Assembly (NCBI GenBank): GCA_035578045.1
Contig: DATJWP010000207.1
Location: forward strand, 84,745 to 148,744
Length of the DNA stretch: 64,000 bases
Direction: 5' to 3'
Origin: Polyangia bacterium
GTDB taxonomy: Bacteria > Myxococcota_A > Polyangia > Fen-1088
Part shown: piece by piece, positions 34,781 through 44,826 of the stretch
Layout of the letters: each line of letters starts with the position of its first letter
How positions within the stretch are numbered: position 1 is the stretch's first letter
Position numbers and translations under genes: made by a program
Notes under the pieces: model-generated
The model's input: the letters and a program-made list of their open reading frames with translations, nothing else
Databases searched by the model: none
Told to the model about the DNA's origin: nothing

Positions 34781-36133
34781 GTGCTGTCCCTCCGCCGCGT
34801 CGACGCCGTCCTGATCCTGTCCTTCGCGGCGGTCGTGGTGGCGTTCGTGATCGGAACGGTCACCAGCCAGCTGCGAACGGTGGAGATCGAGCGGGCCGCG
34901 CTGAGCATCCAGGGCGACGCCGCCCCCAGCATTCGCTATCTGGCGAACGCGCGTGCCGAGCTCCGCCGGCTGCAGCTGCTGGTCCACCGCGCGCTGGAGG
35001 ACCGCGCGACGGAGGATCGAACGCCCGAGATCGAGAGCGGGCGGGCCCTCCTGGATGCCGAGATCGCGGCCTATCGCAAGCTGCCGCTCTACCCGGGCGA
35101 GGCGGTGATCTGGCGGCGCGCGGAGTCCGCGCTGTCCCGTCTGAACGGCAACGTCACCGACGTGCTGGACGCGGTCAGCCGCGGAGACGTCCGGGCGGCG
35201 CGCGGGGCCGAGGGGCGCCTGGACGCCACCAGCGAAGAGGTCGCGCGCGAGCTGTCGCTGGGGATCGACGCGAACACGGCCTCTGCCTCGGAGCTGGCGG
35301 GTCGCATCGGCGACAGCCGGCGGCGCGGCGCCGCCTGGGCCGTGGAGCTGGACGCGGCCGGCGTGCTGCTGGCGATCTTCGCGGCCAGCCTGGCGCTGCG
35401 GATCTCGCACGACCACGCCCGGGCGCTGGGGCAGCTGCACGAGGTGGCCGAGCGGCGCGCCGGCGAGCTGGACGCCTTCGCGACGCGGATGGCGCACGAC
35501 ATCCGGAACCCGCTGACCACCGCCAAGCTGGCCCTGGACGAGATCCAGCGCCAGGCCCCGGGCGAGGACCGGATCCGCCGGGCGGCGGGGCGGGGGAGCC
35601 GCGCGATCTCGCACACCACCGGGATGATCGAAGCGCTGCTCGAGTTCGCGCGCGCCGGCGCCCGGCCGTCGGTGGGCGCCAGCGCCTGCGTCGCCGACGT
35701 CGCCGACGAGATCGCGGCCGTGATGCGCCCGCGCGCCGAGGAGATCGGCGCCCGGCTGGAGGTGCGGGCCGGGTCACGCGCGCGGGTGGGCTGCTCGGCG
35801 GGCATGCTGAGCAGCGTGCTCGGAAACCTGGTGGGCAACGCGCTCAAGTACGTGGACGGGGGGAGCGAGCGGCAGGTCGTCGTCTCCATCGACGACGAAG
35901 CGGGTGACGTGCGCGTCACCGTCGCCGACACGGGCCCGGGGTTGCCGGCCGGCGTGGACCCGCGGGCGCTCTTCCAGCCCTACGTGCGCGGGCCGGACGC
36001 GCGGGGCCGCGGCCTGGGACTCGGGTTGGCCACGGTGAGCCGGATCGTCGAGGCGCACCACGGGCGCCTGGGGGTCGACTCGACGGCGGCCGGCAGCCGG
36101 TTCTGGTTCGCTCTGCCGCGCGCCCGCGTGTAA
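34781..36133 (+). CDS. Membrane sensor histidine kinase (orphan)
   Basis: Two TMs around a helical sensor; H-box MAHDIRNPL, N-box NLVGNALKY, DTGPG, GLGLGLA. Confidence 0.93.
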   Translation: MLSLRRVDAVLILSFAAVVVAFVIGTVTSQLRTVEIERAALSIQGDAAPSIRYLANARAELRRLQLLVHRALEDRATEDRTPEIESGRALLDAEIAAYRKLPLYPGEAVIWRRAESALSRLNGNVTDVLDAVSRGDVRAARGAEGRLDATSEEVARELSLGIDANTASASELAGRIGDSRRRGAAWAVELDAAGVLLAIFAASLALRISHDHARALGQLHEVAERRAGELDAFATRMAHDIRNPLTTAKLALDEIQRQAPGEDRIRRAAGRGSRAISHTTGMIEALLEFARAGARPSVGASACVADVADEIAAVMRPRAEEIGARLEVRAGSRARVGCSAGMLSSVLGNLVGNALKYVDGGSERQVVVSIDDEAGDVRVTVADTGPGLPAGVDPRALFQPYVRGPDARGRGLGLGLATVSRIVEAHHGRLGVDSTAAGSRFWFALPRARV

Positions 36134-36142
36134 TGTGCGCCG

Positions 36143-37111
36143 ATGATGGCGCGTTCGAGATGGGCGGTTGGCCTGGCGCTGATGGCCGTCCTGGTGGCGC
36201 GGACCGCGCGCGCCTGGGACGACTTCGGACACATGGTCGTCGCGGCGGCGGCCTACAAGCGGCTGAACGCCACCACCAAGCAGAACGTGGCGCGGCTGCT
36301 GAAGCTGAACCCGCGCTACACGAACTGGATCGTCGGCGCGCGCAAGGGCGACGAGGATCGCATGGCGTTCATGCGCGCGGCGACCTGGGCGGACGCGATC
36401 AAGAACGATCCCCTGTATCAGGACGACGCGCAGAGCCTGCCGGCCGCGGGCCAGAACATCGGCTACGCGGACACCCTGCGGCACGCCTACTGGCACTACA
36501 TCAACCAGCCGTTCTCGCCCGACCACACGGCGCTGGCGCCGGCGGCGGCACCCAACGTGGCCACGCAGATCGCGGTGCTGCGCGCGGCCCTGGCAGCCAA
36601 GTCGACCAGCGACGACGTGAAGTCGTACGACCTGGTTTGGCTGTTGCACCTGGTGGGCGACGTCCATCAGCCGCTCCACACCGTGGCCCGCTTCGATGCC
36701 GCCGACAGGGCCGGCGACCGCGGCGGCAACGCCGTCAGCGTCACGGGCAACACGCAGCCGCCGATCTGCGACGATCCGCGCTACTGCCCGTTCGGTCCGC
36801 CGCGTGACCTGCACGCCTTCTACGACACCATCCTGGGATCCGGCTACGCCGTCGGACCACCGGAAGAGGAGGCGGCCCGCCTGCCGGCGCCGGACGCCAA
36901 GCTGGCGGCGGTGCGGGACGAGGCGGTCTGGCTCAAGGAGGGGCTGGACCTCTCGGTCGGCTCCGTGTACGTGCCGCCCGTCGGGATCGGAGACGGACCC
37001 TTCACGATCACGCCCCAGTACCAGAAGGCGGCGGGCACGCTGGGCAAGCAGCGAATGGCCCTGGCGGCGGCCCGCCTGGCCAACCTGTTGAACGACGCGC
37101 TCGGAAAGTAA
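36143..37111 (+). CDS. Secreted S1/P1 nuclease
   Basis: Signal then WDDFGH; ATWADAIK; WHYIN; HLVGDVHQPLH; DRGGN; LHAFYD. Confidence 0.93.
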   Translation: MMARSRWAVGLALMAVLVARTARAWDDFGHMVVAAAAYKRLNATTKQNVARLLKLNPRYTNWIVGARKGDEDRMAFMRAATWADAIKNDPLYQDDAQSLPAAGQNIGYADTLRHAYWHYINQPFSPDHTALAPAAAPNVATQIAVLRAALAAKSTSDDVKSYDLVWLLHLVGDVHQPLHTVARFDAADRAGDRGGNAVSVTGNTQPPICDDPRYCPFGPPRDLHAFYDTILGSGYAVGPPEEEAARLPAPDAKLAAVRDEAVWLKEGLDLSVGSVYVPPVGIGDGPFTITPQYQKAAGTLGKQRMALAAARLANLLNDALGK

Positions 37112-37165
37112 AGCGCCGGGCGCATTTGCGGTTGTCGAAGCCCAGCCGCGGCCTACCTTGACCGT

Positions 37166-37966
37166 GTGAAGCGGGCCGTCGGTCTGATCGCTCTGCTGTT
37201 GCTCGGCGTGTGCCCGGCCCAGCGGGCGAAAGCCGACGCCGGCCAGCCCGATCCGATGTCGGTGTACCGGGTGAGCCCGACCGCCGACGGGGCGATCATC
37301 GTCGTCACGACCGCCGGCGGACTGGTCCCGTTCGCCTTCACGTCGCGGATCATCCATCCGAGCTGTCCGTGCTCGCCCAGCTCGGTGAACAGCCTCGATC
37401 GGGGCGTCATCGGAAACGCCAGCGACAGCGCCGACCTGGCCAGCAACATCACGGTGGCGCTGGCGATCGTCGTTCCGCCGATCGCCGACTGGATCGCGCT
37501 CCGCCGGCTGCACCCCTGGCTGGAGGACGCGGTGGTCTTCGCCGAGGCGATGAGCGTGAACGGCGCCTTCGTGACGCTGGCCAAGTTCACCGTGCAGCGG
37601 CCGATCCCGCGGGTTTACTCCGACCCCGCGCTGGCCAGCGATCCCGGCAACTACCGGTCGTTCTACTCGGGGCACATGTCGTTCGCGATGGCCGCGCTGT
37701 CGGCGGCGTCGGTCACGGTGAACGCCCGATACGGCCTGACGTGGCAGCCCTGGGCGGTCACCTTGCTGGTCGGCGCCAGCGTGGCCGCCGAACGCGTCTG
37801 GGCCGGCTACCATTTTTACACCGACGTGATGGTGGGCGGCGGCGCCGGCCTGGTGGTCGGCACCGCCGTCAGCTTTCTGCACCTGCGCACCCACGGCCTG
37901 CACATCGCCGCGTTCCGCCCCGCCGACAGCGACGCCGTCGGCCTCAGCGTCGGCGGGGCGATCTGA
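37166..37966 (+). CDS. PAP2-family phosphatase
   Basis: KFTVQRPIP, SFYSGH, ERVWAGYHFYTDV. The first motif has RPIP in place of the usual RPRP. Confidence 0.88.
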   Translation: MKRAVGLIALLLLGVCPAQRAKADAGQPDPMSVYRVSPTADGAIIVVTTAGGLVPFAFTSRIIHPSCPCSPSSVNSLDRGVIGNASDSADLASNITVALAIVVPPIADWIALRRLHPWLEDAVVFAEAMSVNGAFVTLAKFTVQRPIPRVYSDPALASDPGNYRSFYSGHMSFAMAALSAASVTVNARYGLTWQPWAVTLLVGASVAAERVWAGYHFYTDVMVGGGAGLVVGTAVSFLHLRTHGLHIAAFRPADSDAVGLSVGGAI

Positions 37967-37975
37967 GCGCCAGAC

Positions 37976-39604
37976 CTAGAACGCGCCGCCGTAGGTGGGG
38001 GCGGCGGAGGTCACCTCGGTGGCGTAACCCGGACCGCCGCGTACGACGAGGGGGTGCTGCGAGCGCAGGCCGAACGGCGAGCCGTGGAAGACCGCGGCGG
38101 CGCCGCTGCTGCCGTCGAAGTACGGGGTGGGGAACGGCACCGTGGCGGCGACCAGCAGATCCTCGTGGCCGCGGCGGCCGTAGTCGCCGCTGGAGAGGTG
38201 CTCGCCGAAGTTGAGCTGGTTGTCGGGGAACACGCTGGTCTCGGGGATCGAGACCTCCGGGGTCACGGACACGCCGCCCGGACCTCCCCGGTACACGTTG
38301 ATGGTGTCGTCGGTGAAGTAGATGTTCGAGGTCTGCAGGGACGCGCCGGCGGCCACGTCGAAGCGTCCGTCTCCGTCGAAGTCGCCGACCTGGATGGGGG
38401 CGGGCGGCGTCGCCAGCGTCAGGATCTGGCTGGGCGCGGCCGGCGGGAACCCGGCGCCGCCCAGGTAGATCGCCAGGCTGGAGCCCTCCTCGGTGACCAG
38501 GTCGGCGATCCCGTCGCCGTCGACGTCGCCGGCGGTGCCGAAGGGGAGGGTGGGCCGGACCACCAGCGTGACGGCCGTCGGCGGCTCCAGTCCGGCCGCG
38601 CTGCCTCGGAAGAAACGAAAGGCCTGGGTGTCGCCGTTCGGGCCGTAGTCCTGCACCACGACGTCGCCGTAACCGTCGCCGTCCAGATCGGCGGCGGTCA
38701 TGATGCTGGTGTAGCGCCCGGTGTTGGTCTGATCGAACGTCCAGGCCGGCGTCGTGGCGAGCCCGCTGGCCGAACCGAGGTACAGGAAGACCTTCGCCAT
38801 GCCGTCCCCCACGAACAGGTCGGCGTAGCCGTCCCCGTCGACGTCGCCTCCGGCGGCCAGGGCGAACGCCTGGTACGGATTGGTCGGTGGAATCACGCTG
38901 AGCGGCGTGGAGACGACGCCGTCCGCCGAGCCGGGGAAGACGACCACGCCGCGCGCGTCGGCCAGCGCGAGGTCGCCGAACCCATCGCCGTTCACGTCGC
39001 CCAGGCTGACCAGCCCGCCGCCGCCCAGGTTCAGCGCCAGCAGCGTCTCCCCGTGCGTGTCCAGCCCGAACCGGCCGCCGCGGTAGACGTGCACGACGTC
39101 GGTCTGGGCGTCGCCGTTCGTATCGCGAACGGCCGCATCGACGTACCCGTCGGCGTCGGCGTCGTAGCGCAGCCCGCGCGTGGCCGACGGGGCATCGCCA
39201 CCGGGCGGGACGAACAGCTCCCAGGTCGATGTGCAGGGCGCTCCCGGAAGGCGCACGCGCCAGTAGATCACGCCGACCGGCAGCGGGTGCCGCGGGCGCG
39301 CTGCGTGGTCGTGGCCGTCGGCCACCTCGATCAGGTGGTCGCAGTCCCGCTCGGCGCAGATCTCCACCTGCGCTTGCGCGGGGCCGTCCCAGCGGAACCA
39401 GGGCCGGCGGCTGCCCGCCAGCGATCCCGACAGGGGCGCCAGCAGCCGGTGGCGAAGGCGCTGTGGATGGACAGATGGCGTGAACGCCGCCGCGACGGGA
39501 GACGCAGGGCTGGTCGAACCGGCGGTCGGGGAATCGCCGCAGGCAGCGGGGAGCATGACAAGGAACGACAGGGCCGGCAGAGCGCGGGAGCTTCGGGGAT
39601 CCAT
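37976..39604 (-). CDS. FG-GAP/VCBS repeat lipoprotein
   Basis: Lipobox-like PAAC; repeats GDVNGDGFGDLA, GDVDGDGYADL, DLDGDGYGDV, GDFDGDGRFDV. Confidence 0.88.
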   Translation of the reverse strand: MDPRSSRALPALSFLVMLPAACGDSPTAGSTSPASPVAAAFTPSVHPQRLRHRLLAPLSGSLAGSRRPWFRWDGPAQAQVEICAERDCDHLIEVADGHDHAARPRHPLPVGVIYWRVRLPGAPCTSTWELFVPPGGDAPSATRGLRYDADADGYVDAAVRDTNGDAQTDVVHVYRGGRFGLDTHGETLLALNLGGGGLVSLGDVNGDGFGDLALADARGVVVFPGSADGVVSTPLSVIPPTNPYQAFALAAGGDVDGDGYADLFVGDGMAKVFLYLGSASGLATTPAWTFDQTNTGRYTSIMTAADLDGDGYGDVVVQDYGPNGDTQAFRFFRGSAAGLEPPTAVTLVVRPTLPFGTAGDVDGDGIADLVTEEGSSLAIYLGGAGFPPAAPSQILTLATPPAPIQVGDFDGDGRFDVAAGASLQTSNIYFTDDTINVYRGGPGGVSVTPEVSIPETSVFPDNQLNFGEHLSSGDYGRRGHEDLLVAATVPFPTPYFDGSSGAAAVFHGSPFGLRSQHPLVVRGGPGYATEVTSAAPTYGGAF

Positions 39605-39756
39605 GGGGCACGTCCTCCGGGTTGGGAACGCAGCGAAGCTGGTGGTCATGCCGCATGACAGCAAGGCGATTGCGACTTTGGCTGCCGGACGGGTGTTCAG
39701 GGGCCGCGGGGCGGGCGCGGCTGGCGCAAACGCCGGGGCGGGTTTATGCGATCGAC

Positions 39757-40536
39757 ATGGCGCGCGTCTTCGTGACCGGTTCCTCGGAAGGGCTGGGGCT
39801 GCTGGCCGCTCAGCTCCTGCAGCGAAAGGGGCACGCGGTCACGCTGCACGCCCGCAACGCGCGGCGCGCCGCCGACGCGCGCGCCGCGCTTCCGGGGTGC
39901 GAGGGGGTGGTCGTGGGCGACCTGTCGCTCGCGGCGGAGACGCGGCAGGTGGCCGAGCAGGCCAACCAGACGGGGCGCTTCGACGCCGTCATCCACAACG
40001 TCGGCATCGGCTACCAGGAACGGCATCGCGCGCTGACCCCCGACGGCGTCGAGCTGGTGTTCGCGGTCAACGTGCTGGCCCCCTACGTGCTGACGGCGCT
40101 GATCCACAGGCCCCGGCGCCTCGTCTATCTGAGCTCCGGGATGCACCGGGGCGGAACCCCCAACCTGGACGATCCGCAGTGGTCGGCGCGGCGCTGGAGC
40201 GGCGCCCAGGCCTACTCGGACAGCAAGCTCTACGACGTGGCGCTGGCGTTCGCGGTGGCGCGGCGCTGGCCGGACGTTCGCTCGAACGCGCTCGAGCCGG
40301 GGTGGGTCCCGACGCGGATGGGGGGCCCGCACGCGCCGGACGATCTGCAGTCGGGGGTCGAGACGCAGGTCTGGCTGGCGGTCAGCGACAACCCGACGGC
40401 GGCGGTGAGCGGCGAGTACTTCTATCACCAGGCCCGCCGGTCGCCGCACCCGGCCACCCGCGACCCGCGCCTGCAGGAAGAGCTGCTGGCGCACTGCGCT
40501 TCGCTCAGTGGGGTCACGCTTCCGCCCGCGACGTGA
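39757..40536 (+). CDS. Short-chain dehydrogenase/reductase
   Basis: VFVTGSSEGLG, HNVG, YSDSK, PGWVPT. Confidence 0.92.
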   Translation: MARVFVTGSSEGLGLLAAQLLQRKGHAVTLHARNARRAADARAALPGCEGVVVGDLSLAAETRQVAEQANQTGRFDAVIHNVGIGYQERHRALTPDGVELVFAVNVLAPYVLTALIHRPRRLVYLSSGMHRGGTPNLDDPQWSARRWSGAQAYSDSKLYDVALAFAVARRWPDVRSNALEPGWVPTRMGGPHAPDDLQSGVETQVWLAVSDNPTAAVSGEYFYHQARRSPHPATRDPRLQEELLAHCASLSGVTLPPAT

Positions 40537-40549
40537 CATCATTGAAGCG

Positions 40550-41416
40550 ATGTCAGTGGAGGTCGAGGCCCTGACGGCGCTGCTGGCCGGCCGGCGGATC
40601 GTCGCTCTGACCGGCGCCGGGTGCAGCACCGACTCCGGGATCCCCGATTACCGCGGCGGCGGTCGGACCGGGCCACGCAACCCCATCCAGCACGACGCCT
40701 TCATGCGGCGGCCCGACGTCCGCCGGCGCTACTGGGCCCGCGCGACCATCGGGTGGGAGCGCTTCAAGGGCGCGCGACCCAACGCCGCGCACGCGGCGCT
40801 GGCCGATCTCGAGTCGTCGGGCGTGCTGGCGGGGGTCATCACCCAGAACGTCGATCGGTTGCACCACCAGGCGGGCAGCCGGCGGATCGTGGAGCTTCAC
40901 GGCGCGCTCGCCGACGTCCGCTGCCTCGGGTGCGGCGCGCCCGAGGCCCGGACCGACCTGCAGGGGCGCCTGCTGGCGGCGAACCCGGACTGGCTGCCTC
41001 GCGCTCTGCTCGAGCTTCAAGGGGACGGCGGCGTCCGGCCCGACGGCGACGCCGAGCTGTCGGCCGAGACCGTCGCCCTGTTCCAGGTGGCCGATTGCCT
41101 GAGCTGCGGCGGAGCGCTGAAGCCGGACGTCGTCTTCTTCGGCGGGACCGTGGCCGAGCCGACCCTCACGGCCGCCTGGTCGCTGCTGGCCGACGGCGAG
41201 GCGCTGCTGGTGGTCGGCTCGTCGCTGACCGTCTACTCCGGCTTCCGGTTCGTGCGCCGCGCCCACGAGCTGGGGATGCCGATCGGGATCGTGAACGTCG
41301 GCCCCACCCGGGGGGACGCGCTGGCTCAGGCCCGCGTCTCCGCCCCCGTCGGGTGGGTCCTGCCGCAGCTGGAGGCGGCCCTCAGCGCCGCACCGCCGGC
41401 TGCACCGAGAGCCTGA
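40550..41416 (+). CDS. cobB: Sir2-family NAD-dependent deacylase (class II-like)
   Basis: [28 protein letters not shown], two Cxx[14 protein letters not shown]. Confidence 0.92.
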   Translation: MSVEVEALTALLAGRRIVALTGAGCSTDSGIPDYRGGGRTGPRNPIQHDAFMRRPDVRRRYWARATIGWERFKGARPNAAHAALADLESSGVLAGVITQNVDRLHHQAGSRRIVELHGALADVRCLGCGAPEARTDLQGRLLAANPDWLPRALLELQGDGGVRPDGDAELSAETVALFQVADCLSCGGALKPDVVFFGGTVAEPTLTAAWSLLADGEALLVVGSSLTVYSGFRFVRRAHELGMPIGIVNVGPTRGDALAQARVSAPVGWVLPQLEAALSAAPPAAPRA

Positions 41417-42380
41417 CGCGCTCGGAGCCGCGCATCACCTCCAGCTCCTGGGCGTGGCCGGCGCGGTCCTCGGTCAACAGGCGGTGCAGGTCGTCGATGC
41501 CGGCGGTCGGCTGGCCGGCGAACCCGACGATCAGATCGCCGTCCCGCAGCCCGGCCCGGGCGGCGGGGCTGCCGGGTTCGATCGAGGCCACGAACACCGC
41601 GCTCTCGATCCCCAGCCCGTGGAACCGGACCACGCGCCGGTGCAGCGGCACGGTCTGACCGGCCACCCCCAGGAAGGCGCGCCGGACGCGCCCCTCGTGG
41701 ATGAGCGCGCCGACCACGAAGGTGGCCGTGTTGATGGCGATGGCGAAGCAGATCCCCTGGGCCGGCATGATCATGGCGGTGTTCACGCCGATGACGCGCC
41801 CCTGGGCGTCGCACAGGGGGCCCCCGGAGTTGCCGGGGTTCAGCGCCGCGTCGGTCTGGACCACGTCGTCGATCAGGCGGCCGTTCTGGGTGCGCAGCGA
41901 CCGGCCCAGCGCGCTGACCACCCCCGCGGTGACGGTGCAGTTGAACCCGTACGGGTTTCCGACGGCGACCGCGATCTGCCCCACGCGCAGGCCCGACGAG
42001 TCGCCGAGCGTGACCGGCGCAAGATCCCTCGGAAGGTCGGTCGCAAGGGCGCGAACCACCGCCAGGTCGGTGTCCGGGTCCTCGCCGACCAGCTGGGCCG
42101 GCAGGCGCCGGCCATCCAGGGTGGTCAGCGTGATGCGCCGGGCGCCGCTGACCACGTGGCTGTTGGTCAGCACGTACCCGTCCGGCGTGAACACGAACCC
42201 GGAGCCGCTGCCGGTGCCGCTCTCGCGTCGGCGCGACTGCGGTCCGGTGGGGCGGACCCCCTCGACGTCCAGGCGGACCACCGATGGGCTGACCTGGTCG
42301 GCGACGGACGTGACGATGCTCGAATAGGCGTCGATTGCCGCGGCCTCGGGCGCGCGGCTCGGCTGGATGGCGCTGCTCAT
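41382..42380 (-). CDS. HtrA/DegP-like serine protease with one PDZ domain, no evident signal peptide
   Basis: GSGSGF, LTNSHVV, DLAVV, QTDAALNPGNSGGPL, PDZ PGSPAARAGLRDGD. Confidence 0.93.
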   Translation of the reverse strand: MSSAIQPSRAPEAAAIDAYSSIVTSVADQVSPSVVRLDVEGVRPTGPQSRRRESGTGSGSGFVFTPDGYVLTNSHVVSGARRITLTTLDGRRLPAQLVGEDPDTDLAVVRALATDLPRDLAPVTLGDSSGLRVGQIAVAVGNPYGFNCTVTAGVVSALGRSLRTQNGRLIDDVVQTDAALNPGNSGGPLCDAQGRVIGVNTAMIMPAQGICFAIAINTATFVVGALIHEGRVRRAFLGVAGQTVPLHRRVVRFHGLGIESAVFVASIEPGSPAARAGLRDGDLIVGFAGQPTAGIDDLHRLLTEDRAGHAQELEVMRGSERVRLSVQPAVRR

Positions 42381-42511
42381 GTGGTCTCCTTTCGCCGAGG
42401 CCATTCGCTCCCGGCGGGCTTTAGTCGTGTTTCGTAAGCGCCGCGTGACCGGCGTCAAATCACGTCACGAGAACGTCGCCACCTCGACACACCTCATCAG
42501 GCCGCGACCGA

Positions 42512-43525
42512 CTACATCGGGGCATGCGCGTGAAGGCGGGCGCCAATCTCCGCCGCCAGCTCAAAGGAGCGGAGACGCTTGGCATGGTCGTGAATCTGGG
42601 CGGTCACGATCAGCTCGTCCGGCTGGGTGCGATCGATCAGATCGCCCAGGCGCCTGCGGACGGTGTCGGGCGAGCCGATGGCCGCGCAGGCCAGGACGTC
42701 GTCGAGCATGGCCGCCTGCCGCTCCGGCAGGCGGTCACCGTACCCTTCGACCGGCGGCGGCAGCCGGGTGGGCTGGCCGCTGCGCAGGTTGACGAACGCC
42801 TGCTGCAGCGAGGTCAGCAGGTACCGGGCCTCGCCGTCGCTCTCGGCGGCGATCACGTTGACCCCCAGCATCAGACGCGGGCGGCCCAGCCGCGGCGAGG
42901 GGCGGAAGGCCCGCCGGTAGACGTCGGCCGCCTCCAGCAGCAGCGCCGGGGCGAAGTGAGACGCGAACGCGTAGGGGAGGCCCAGCGTCGCCGCCAGCTC
43001 GGCGCCGAACAGGCTGGAACCGAGGATCCAGACCTCGATGTCGTGGCCGGCGCCGGCGCCCGGGTAGGCGTGCACGCGCTGGCCCGGCTGCGGCGGCTGG
43101 AAGTACCCCAGCAGCTCGACCACGTCCTCCGGGAATCGATCGACGTCGCCGGCCAGCGTCCGCCGCAGGGCGTGGGCGGTCAGCGGGTCGGTGCCCGGCG
43201 CGCGCCCCAGCCCCAGGTCGATCCGGCCGGGGTGCAGGGCGTGCAGCGTGCCGAACTGCTCGGCGACGACCAGCGGCGCATGGTTGGGCAGCATGATGCC
43301 GCCCGCGCCCACGCGGATCCGCGAGGTGCCGGTCGCCACGTGCTCGATCGCCACCGCCGTGGCGGCGCTGGCGATGCCCGGCATGTTGTGGTGCTCGGCC
43401 AGCCAGAAGCGCGCGTAGCCCCAGCCCTCGGCGTGGCGCGCCAGATCCAGCGAGCGTCGCAGCGCCAGCCCGGCGTCACCCCCCTCGACGATCGGTGCCA
43501 GGTCCAGGACGGAGAACGGGGTCAC
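42512..43525 (-). CDS. Luciferase-like (LLM) flavin-dependent oxidoreductase
   Basis: [36 protein letters not shown]. Confidence 0.93.
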   Translation of the reverse strand: MTPFSVLDLAPIVEGGDAGLALRRSLDLARHAEGWGYARFWLAEHHNMPGIASAATAVAIEHVATGTSRIRVGAGGIMLPNHAPLVVAEQFGTLHALHPGRIDLGLGRAPGTDPLTAHALRRTLAGDVDRFPEDVVELLGYFQPPQPGQRVHAYPGAGAGHDIEVWILGSSLFGAELAATLGLPYAFASHFAPALLLEAADVYRRAFRPSPRLGRPRLMLGVNVIAAESDGEARYLLTSLQQAFVNLRSGQPTRLPPPVEGYGDRLPERQAAMLDDVLACAAIGSPDTVRRRLGDLIDRTQPDELIVTAQIHDHAKRLRSFELAAEIGARLHAHAPM

Positions 43526-43543
43526 GCCGGAAATCTAGCACCC

Positions 43544-44737
43544 TCAGATCGAGAGGGCGCCGGTCGAGCCCCCGGCCTGTCGCCGGTCCGGAAGCTGTCG
43601 CTCGACGGGCAGTCCGAGCAGCTCGCGGCAGACGTTGGCGATGCGCCAGGCGCTGGTGCGGCCGTTCTGGACCGGGCACAGCCGGCGGAGCTCGTCGACG
43701 TCGAAGTACGAGTGAACCTCTTTGCCCAGCGCCAGCCCGACGTAGGCGGTGGACGAGAACTGCGTCACCAGGACGTCGCAGTTGGCGATCATCTCCTCGG
43801 CGTTTCCGCTCTCGAACACCAGCGCGCCGGGCGCCAGCAGGGCCAGCTCGCGGCGGGCGCGGGCCACCTTCTCGTTGGGGTGCAGCTTCCAAATGATCTG
43901 CCGGCCGGCCGCGATGCGCAGCACCTGCTGGATGAAGCCGGGGCGGTTCTCCCAGCGCAGCGTCTCGCGGATGTCCGAGCTGCAGACCAGGACATGGCCC
44001 CGGTGCGGGAAGTCGTTCTGCAGGAAGCGGTCGCAGTTGTCGAAGTTGGGGATCCCGGTCACCACGATCTTCTCCGGCGGCACGCCCTTGCGCTCGAACA
44101 GGGTGCGGTACCCCTCGCTGGCGACGCAGAAGCGGTCGTACGCGTGGCTGAGCCCGGTTCCGGCCGAGTCGGCGGTCACCCACGGCGGCAGTCGCATCGC
44201 CTTGACCATCCGGAACACCAGGTCCTCGCGGTCGGTCATCCCCTCCTGGACCAGCAGCAGCGGCCGCCCGCGGATGTTGCGCGGGACCGAAAGGTCCGAG
44301 CAGGTGATCGCCAGGTCGTACGGGCCGCGCCGGCCGCCCAGGTCCAGCGGCAGGTCGTGCTCCTCGAGGTGCGCCAGGCAGCGCGCGCGCAGCTTGTCGC
44401 CCAGCGCGGTGTTCTCCAGCCGGCCGGCGCGCCGCAGGAGCTCGAGCGCGCCGTCGCTGTAGTACCAGGTGAAGGCGTGGTCGCAATCGGGCAGCTCGGC
44501 CGCGATCTGCCGGACCTGCGTGGTGTGGTTGATCGTGCCGCCGATCAACAGCACGCGCGGGCGCGCGCGGCGCGGCAGAGGCGCCAGGCGGGCCCGGCGC
44601 CGTCGGTCCAGGCGGCGATCGACGGCGGAGGGAATGATCGCGGCGATCACCAGCAGCACCCGAGCCAGGAAAACCACGGCCGCGAGCAGCGAGGCCCGGA
44701 TGAACAGCCAGATGCTCGCGAGGCGAGACATGCGCAC
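43544..44737 (-). CDS. GT-B-fold protein (putative glycosyl/ulosonyl-transferase) with N-terminal membrane anchor
   Basis: Hydrophobic N-terminus; LVQEG, KIVVTGIPNFD, WKLHPNE, CDVLVTQFSSTAYVGLALGK are typical of CDP/CMP-using GT-B enzymes. Confidence 0.65.
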   Translation of the reverse strand: MRMSRLASIWLFIRASLLAAVVFLARVLLVIAAIIPSAVDRRLDRRRRARLAPLPRRARPRVLLIGGTINHTTQVRQIAAELPDCDHAFTWYYSDGALELLRRAGRLENTALGDKLRARCLAHLEEHDLPLDLGGRRGPYDLAITCSDLSVPRNIRGRPLLLVQEGMTDREDLVFRMVKAMRLPPWVTADSAGTGLSHAYDRFCVASEGYRTLFERKGVPPEKIVVTGIPNFDNCDRFLQNDFPHRGHVLVCSSDIRETLRWENRPGFIQQVLRIAAGRQIIWKLHPNEKVARARRELALLAPGALVFESGNAEEMIANCDVLVTQFSSTAYVGLALGKEVHSYFDVDELRRLCPVQNGRTSAWRIANVCRELLGLPVERQLPDRRQAGGSTGALSI

Positions 44738-44826
44738 GTATTCTACTGCGCGCCGACGGTGACACGCTGAACGATCCCTTCGCCAGATGGTCTGCGTGGC
44801 TAGAACGTCACCGGACTACAGTCCTC

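Noticed and set aside
40550-41416. Sir2-based anti-phage NADase (Thoeris/DSR-like)
   Set aside because: A canonical stand-alone zinc-binding sirtuin deacylase with no defence partners.
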